32,000 nt of DNA, taken from assembly GCA_037441475.1 (NCBI GenBank), contig JBBISB010000001.1:126418-158417 (forward strand). Direction: 5' to 3'. Within the stretch, counting starts at the first letter, position 1, and every line of letters starts with the position of its first letter. Positions 28,101-32,000 of the stretch are shown here, one piece after another. A model generated the notes under the pieces. That model ran no database searches. It saw only the letters and a program-made list of their open reading frames with translations, and had not been told where the DNA came from. A program made the translations under genes and the position numbers. The DNA comes from Candidatus Iainarchaeum sp. (GTDB lineage Archaea; Iainarchaeota; Iainarchaeia; Iainarchaeales; CSSED10-239).

Positions 28101-31100
28101 ACCCTTGTTGTTGAGTAAAGTATCCTTGTCCTGCTTGATATGTATTATGAGGATTAAATTGATTATTCATGTTGTATGGAGTATTAAAGTTATTTCCTCC
28201 AAAGTAAGGATTATTGTATCCTGAGGAGAAGTTATTACCACCATAATATTGATTATAGTTATTAAATCCTGAAAACCAATTACATGCAAGAGCAGGAACT
28301 GGTTGTTTAGGCATTTCTATACATTCAGCATAGTTGTTAACAATAACCTCTAATGGAAGTCTTGCCTTAACTTCATCAACACCATTGATATTTCCTTTCT
28401 TAGATGTGAAATATATGGTTGGAGTCTTAATATTTGATGCTATTTTATAAGCTTTAAACTTTAATTGTAAAGTTGATTTTGCATTCTTTAAAAGAGAGGA
28501 TAATATAGAAACTTCTTTTAAGTCTTCTAAAATATATTCTTTACCAGAAACAACAATAGATAAAACACCAGCTTCAGATTCATTACCCCAATCTGCCATA
28601 GCGTTAATAGATGTTAAATCAATTGCAATTTGTCTTGAGGTACATTTATTCTCTACTGTAAAATCAAAAGTAACTGTTTTATCAGCCTCTGTTCTTATGG
28701 AAGCTGAACTTGGAAGTACTTTTAAACAATCTAAGGAATCAAGAGCATTTCCTAAAACAACTCTAACTGTTACTGGTATTGTAACAAGCCATGTCTTATT
28801 CATTTCTTCGCTTCTTATCCTGATTGCAACTTCGTTTTTAATAGTTTGTTGAGTATAAAGATTCATTCCTGCTTCTGTTAATGTAGCAGTTAAGGTTATA
28901 TCATTTTGAGAGTTTCCATTTATGGTATAATTTTCAATATCTAAAGCTAACTTTACATATTGATTATCTAAGCTTTGAGATACAGAAACTATAGATAAAG
29001 GAACATATGCTTCGTTAAATAAACTAAAGTTATAAACTTCTCTAACGTTTACTGATGAGTCTAAAGTTAAAGTTATTTCCTTAGGTATTGCAGTGATTAA
29101 TTGATCATCAACAACTAAGGAGATGTCTTTCATCCTATATTCATTCTTTGTAACAATTATTCTAACAACATCCCCTAAGTCAGTTGCTGGAAGAACATAA
29201 CCATACAAACCTTGTGAGTTTGTAAGAGATACAACTAAAGGATTATTGTTTAATAAAATATTAACATTCGCACCATTTACTGGCTTATTACTATGATCAG
29301 TAACAGCAATCATTAAATCATTTGCTATAAATGGAATAATTTTTCTTGGTACCATTTCAACATACATTTCTTTAGCTTCCTTAACATCTATAAAAATGTT
29401 TCTTGAAAACACTTCTTGTCCGTTTGAAACTATTGAAATTGTAATAACATCAGAAACATCATCAATAACCTTAAAATCAATATCTCCTGAAAGAATATCA
29501 TTAGAGGTTAAAGATCCAATCTCTATATTTGAAAACTCATTTCCTCTTAAAAGATTACCTGTAACTGAGTTGATCATGTATTCTTTTAAAACAACTGAGG
29601 AACCTGTTGTTATTACCATTGTTGAATTAGGAGCAATCTTTCCTTCTAAAACATTTAAGTTAAATGAAAGTCTATAATCATTATTAATCTGTGCATTATA
29701 TCTATCAATTATGTTTCTTGAAAGATTTGTTTGGTTGCTTGTTATTGTAAAAGCATAACATAAAAGTGAAGAACATTGGTTCTGTGAACCAGTAAACAAC
29801 ATTGCTTGCTTTGTTTGTGCATATAAATTTTGTTTTGTATTTCCAGAAGTATAAGAGGTATCAACAGGTGATCTTACTATACTTGTACCCTCATAAAACT
29901 CAGCCCTATAGTTTAAAGCTTGGTTTATAAAAGCACTCTCTAAAACAACAACATCAGCTTCAATTAAATAACTTCCTTCTAAAGGATTGTTAATGGTTAA
30001 GTTAAACCACTTTGCATTTCTTAAAGTCTTGTTTGAAAGATCAGTTGTTTGTCCTGAACATGGAGTGTATGAAGTTGATCCAATAGTTTCAGACTTAGCG
30101 TATCTTACTTCCTTAATAAATAAAGCATCCTCTAAAACAGTATAAGTGGTTGTACCACATACTGGGTTTGGTGCATTTCCTATTCTTAAGTGTGCTACAA
30201 CTTTTGAAAACTTTTTAGTAACATTTAATGAATATCTAGCAGTTACTTGCATACCTGGAGTTACAGAGTTTATTTTTTCTCCTAAAGCATTATAGAAACC
30301 TAAAAACTCAATACCTGATGTTTGTGAAATTCTTGATGGTAAAGTAAATGAAAGATTAACAATCTCATTTGCATTAATCTCATATCTTGAAGTTATAAAT
30401 TTAGAATCAAAATTATCAATAACAAAGTATACTTGCTTATCTGCTCTTATCTTTATTAAAGTAAAACCCTCTGCGTTTGTAGATGTGGTTTTATCTGCTA
30501 AGATACTATCGTTTAAAGTATCATAAACATATACGTTTCCTTGGTAGAAATCCCCAAACTCAGTTTTTAAAGTTAAGTTAAAGGTTCCTTCTCCAATTGT
30601 CATCTTTATTACTTGTTCATTTATTTGTTGTTCAACAATTCTAAATGGATTTGTAAACTCAGAAGTAAATTGTCCTTTAGATGAATCAAGCTTATATGTT
30701 CTACTTATATCTAAGTTTGTTAAAACAGCTTTACCATAAACATCAGCAGTTATTGTTTGAAGAATAATGTTTTCTTCAGCATCCCATAGTCTAATGGTTG
30801 CAAAATCAACTGGTTTAAGTAAATTATCTTGAACTGTTATAACAAGGCTTCTTAAGTTTTCATTAGTTATTGGGTTTAAAGAGATTTGTTTTACAGAGTC
30901 ACTTATTCTTAAGTTATTCTCTGTTTTTAAAATATAATTAGGATTATTAAAAACAACCTTGTAAGTTATGTTTTCTTCAACACCGAAATTTACAAGACCT
31001 TCTTTGTTTGAGATTAATGTTTTTACAAGTGTGCTTGTTTTGTATAAAGAAACTGAAACATTTTCAATAGCTTCTTTTGTTTTAGAATCAATTACTTTAA

Positions 31101-32000
31101 ATTTAAGTTGACCAATATATGCCTTTGTTAAAAGAACATCTTTATTTTGAAGAGCTGAATCAACAATTGTTATTTGTATATTTTCAAGTTCTGTTATTGG
31201 TCTGTATCTATCATCATTATCATATATAACAACTCTGTATGTTCCTATTGTTATGTTTTCAAAAAGAACAATACCGTTTGTGTTTGTAGTTGCTTCTCTT
31301 ACAACTTGACTTTGCATATTAACAATTGAAACACTAACATTTGAAATTGGTGTTTTTAAATCATTATCTAAAACTTTAATCGATGCATTACCTGTTTTCT
31401 TTTCTGCAAAGCTTAACTCAACATCTCCTGATAAACCATCTTCGTTTACTGCAACAGAACCAACTGCATTAACTGTGGATGATTCTATTGAAACTTGTAA
31501 GTAACCACAATCAGCAGGTATGTCTGTTAAGGTTAAAGAACCGTCGTTTGTTAAAAGATTATTTTTTCTATAATTACTGTTATTTGAACAAGTGATTGTT
31601 GAAACTGTTAAAGGAGAATTATATAGTTCGTTATTTGATTTAAAATATATTGTTTTTGAAACTGTACTAACTGTTAATTTAAGATAAACTGGATAGTTAT
31701 TCTTTTTACTAAAGTTAATAGTTAAAGGAGTCTCTATTTGGTATTTAGAACTTTTAATACCTAAAGGCATTTCCTCTTTCTTAATACCAGTAACCTCTGC
31801 TATTCCTAAAGAGTTTGTTACAAGAAGTTTTGGAGAGTTGTTAAATAATATTTCTAAACTCTCATTTGAGATTGGTTTATTTTGGGAGTCTACAAAAGTT
31901 AAAGAATAGGTCTGATCAGTAACAACTGAAGATCCAAATAATAAGAATGCTAAAAATACTATTAATAAAAGTATTATAAGATTGAATAATAGGAAGGTTG
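25156..32000 (-). CDS. Giant surface protein G (>=2280 aa, 5' end truncated by the window edge) with Ig/Big-1-like repeats, prion-like insert and divergent shared C-terminal module
   Basis: The ORF track starts at an internal Met (31770), but the same frame stays open to 32000: TFLLFNLIILLLIVFLAFLLFGSSVVTDQTYSLTFVDSQNKPISNESLEILFNNSPKLLVTNSLGIAEVTGIKKEE|MPLGIKSS. This adds a TM anchor and the first beta domain. Repeats include LMIAVTDHSNKPVNGANVNILLNN. C-terminal LFEYDSS...MYCDQEQF, LFSMPINPRY and NVCF. Confidence 0.85.
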   Translation of the reverse strand, partial: TFLLFNLIILLLIVFLAFLLFGSSVVTDQTYSLTFVDSQNKPISNESLEILFNNSPKLLVTNSLGIAEVTGIKKEEMPLGIKSSKYQIETPLTINFSKKNNYPVYLKLTVSTVSKTIYFKSNNELYNSPLTVSTITCSNNSNYRKNNLLTNDGSLTLTDIPADCGYLQVSIESSTVNAVGSVAVNEDGLSGDVELSFAEKKTGNASIKVLDNDLKTPISNVSVSIVNMQSQVVREATTNTNGIVLFENITIGTYRVVIYDNDDRYRPITELENIQITIVDSALQNKDVLLTKAYIGQLKFKVIDSKTKEAIENVSVSLYKTSTLVKTLISNKEGLVNFGVEENITYKVVFNNPNYILKTENNLRISDSVKQISLNPITNENLRSLVITVQDNLLKPVDFATIRLWDAEENIILQTITADVYGKAVLTNLDISRTYKLDSSKGQFTSEFTNPFRIVEQQINEQVIKMTIGEGTFNLTLKTEFGDFYQGNVYVYDTLNDSILADKTTSTNAEGFTLIKIRADKQVYFVIDNFDSKFITSRYEINANEIVNLSFTLPSRISQTSGIEFLGFYNALGEKINSVTPGMQVTARYSLNVTKKFSKVVAHLRIGNAPNPVCGTTTYTVLEDALFIKEVRYAKSETIGSTSYTPCSGQTTDLSNKTLRNAKWFNLTINNPLEGSYLIEADVVVLESAFINQALNYRAEFYEGTSIVRSPVDTSYTSGNTKQNLYAQTKQAMLFTGSQNQCSSLLCYAFTITSNQTNLSRNIIDRYNAQINNDYRLSFNLNVLEGKIAPNSTMVITTGSSVVLKEYMINSVTGNLLRGNEFSNIEIGSLTSNDILSGDIDFKVIDDVSDVITISIVSNGQEVFSRNIFIDVKEAKEMYVEMVPRKIIPFIANDLMIAVTDHSNKPVNGANVNILLNNNPLVVSLTNSQGLYGYVLPATDLGDVVRIIVTKNEYRMKDISLVVDDQLITAIPKEITLTLDSSVNVREVYNFSLFNEAYVPLSIVSVSQSLDNQYVKLALDIENYTINGNSQNDITLTATLTEAGMNLYTQQTIKNEVAIRIRSEEMNKTWLVTIPVTVRVVLGNALDSLDCLKVLPSSASIRTEADKTVTFDFTVENKCTSRQIAIDLTSINAMADWGNESEAGVLSIVVSGKEYILEDLKEVSILSSLLKNAKSTLQLKFKAYKIASNIKTPTIYFTSKKGNINGVDEVKARLPLEVIVNNYAECIEMPKQPVPALACNWFSGFNNYNQYYGGNNFSSGYNNPYFGGNNFNTPYNMNNQFNPHNTYQAGQGYFTQQQGYRNPNYNLVGQFGYAGPQASTVNPYNFPTAQYQNTFGNYNSYNFMSGYPQDNYGNMGMSNNMNCPVRPFYIKNNCLEGVTIKLDASYGVTITSDAEFSLEPGESKETTILGGESMGTFNIPVNVKPSLVNKANYRLVGNVPVSVTLPISFMPSKCIQVTPQKLDFSNILDPKYQMVKVMNTCFADGYRLVEVSYLDLMDLDFDGVSFLTVGEMQGKIQPIKVDTFTELTTNKPIEYWEIALRRNPEIKNTVSAKEYLNKYSQYSLAAGIVSSFRKILIDVEDTVNLKFVLQVGLQPPHGQSSLIYNNVGMQLTDNFQWLILDNKDNWDLIKQFTDENVTDEDMMFVDTSVKLTYTLDSENKAVMIHVPENQLTADKFKRMDQETEVTRCFFGYVKDFPLNGIKDTSYINDNGTYYLKDTYNPLKVSIRFLKPTRHIFKLCFTRPVDSFNNVLAVNSKITIYDLFKEGQTSNINKVFELWASSENQKAKLESHISIGVSTAVSDRSIDGSVTPTADGETIATGALKCLAPDLSSNLGQTGLEAYNDYGFDKILFEYDSSKITATSCDNMYCDQEQFYDYLQKKVVGLDSLKDTSKYVKLGDIYFEKDWQTIKRSDIKVDFCGDGDVCEDFNRQGKETLQSYIDEAVKLLNSIPQELREITIIKTKGLEYNPSGDYLAVVTIGDYQYTTAEYFLNNLHNKFSNDNQRAEVYANMEVYFGSSPQVFTSSLKKFGQTNDPLNVNILNTYNSSTVVKTYEFTYERAMNVSKPGVYLIHASQGVGKNVVIKIRSLVRALPDEYNKNILFSMPINPRYTMSKSNTLYNAPFLSGIYNVTDYSSTDTIQDGYIFSFKDMANYTFIDSRPFYFNKPYNFKIVQTNNNTDLKVLNNMNRLFLLKDKTSLQVALYANPQINNGDTKNVTAFTKTVVSNNFMIYNLVMNNVEPKLTYNTMNDVFKEIPTGNVCFNISGNNPELLLWHNPDKFK
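27915..28285 (-). other. ~120-aa Asn/Tyr/Gly/Gln/Phe-rich prion-like low-complexity insert in protein G
   Basis: Translated as CNWFSGFNNYNQYYGGNNFSSGYNNPYFGGNNFNTPYNMNNQFNPHNTYQAGQGYFTQQQGYRNPNYN...YPQDNYGNMGMSNNMNC; composition differs sharply from the flanking beta domains. Confidence 0.85.

Noticed and set aside
25156-31770. Treating G as a complete 2204-aa gene starting at MPLGIKSS
   Set aside because: The frame is open upstream to the window edge and includes a TM anchor and beta-domain start that match the paralogs.
9775-31770. Alpha-2-macroglobulin-like function for D/F/G based on repeated macroglobulin/Ig-like domains
   Set aside because: No GCGEQ-type thioester motif was seen, and the domain pattern fits generic Ig/transthyretin-like repeats equally well.
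1-32000. CRISPR array, tRNA/rRNA genes, transposase/integrase or insertion-sequence ends
   Set aside because: No regularly spaced direct repeats, no recognised structured RNA sequences, and no mobile-element protein motifs were seen in any ORF.

Overview
The window looks like one long minus-strand transcription unit (read from 32000 toward 1). It encodes about 10.5 kaa of predicted membrane-anchored or secreted, mostly giant proteins, and flanking genes run off both edges. Order in transcription direction: G (>=2280 aa, 5' end off the right edge), F (1704 aa), E (964 aa), D (2426 aa), C (125 aa), B (816 aa), A (2129 aa), a 120-aa multi-TM protein, and the first codons of a translationally coupled gene leaving the left edge. 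Intergenic gaps are only 15-70 bp. A, D, F and G each have an N-terminal membrane anchor followed by arrays of Ig/transthyretin-like (carboxypeptidase-regulatory-like or Big-1-like) beta domains, with the C-terminus predicted outside the cell. E, B and C have signal peptides. A, D, E and G share a recognisable C-terminal module (a 'LPxIxLDW ... YCDxxQ(F/L)' signature, an 'MPFNG...GYGV'-like signature, and a late 'KxC(I/V)' cysteine). E appears colinear with the last ~950 residues of D. F instead ends in a helical/Thr-rich linker plus a domain faintly resembling a degenerate NlpC/P60-type fold. B carries ~5 imperfect glycine-loop repeats. G carries a ~120-aa Asn/Tyr/Gly/Gln-rich prion-like insert. 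No RNA genes, CRISPR arrays or mobile-element genes were recognised. The style (AT-rich, giant Asn/Ser-rich secreted proteins, GGTG/AGGTTAT ribosome-binding sites, no sortase motif) suggests an archaeon, possibly DPANN, but this is inference. The best candidate for an undescribed system is a multi-subunit giant surface assembly encoded by this operon. Its function cannot be determined from sequence alone. All homology statements come from reading by eye; no search was run.
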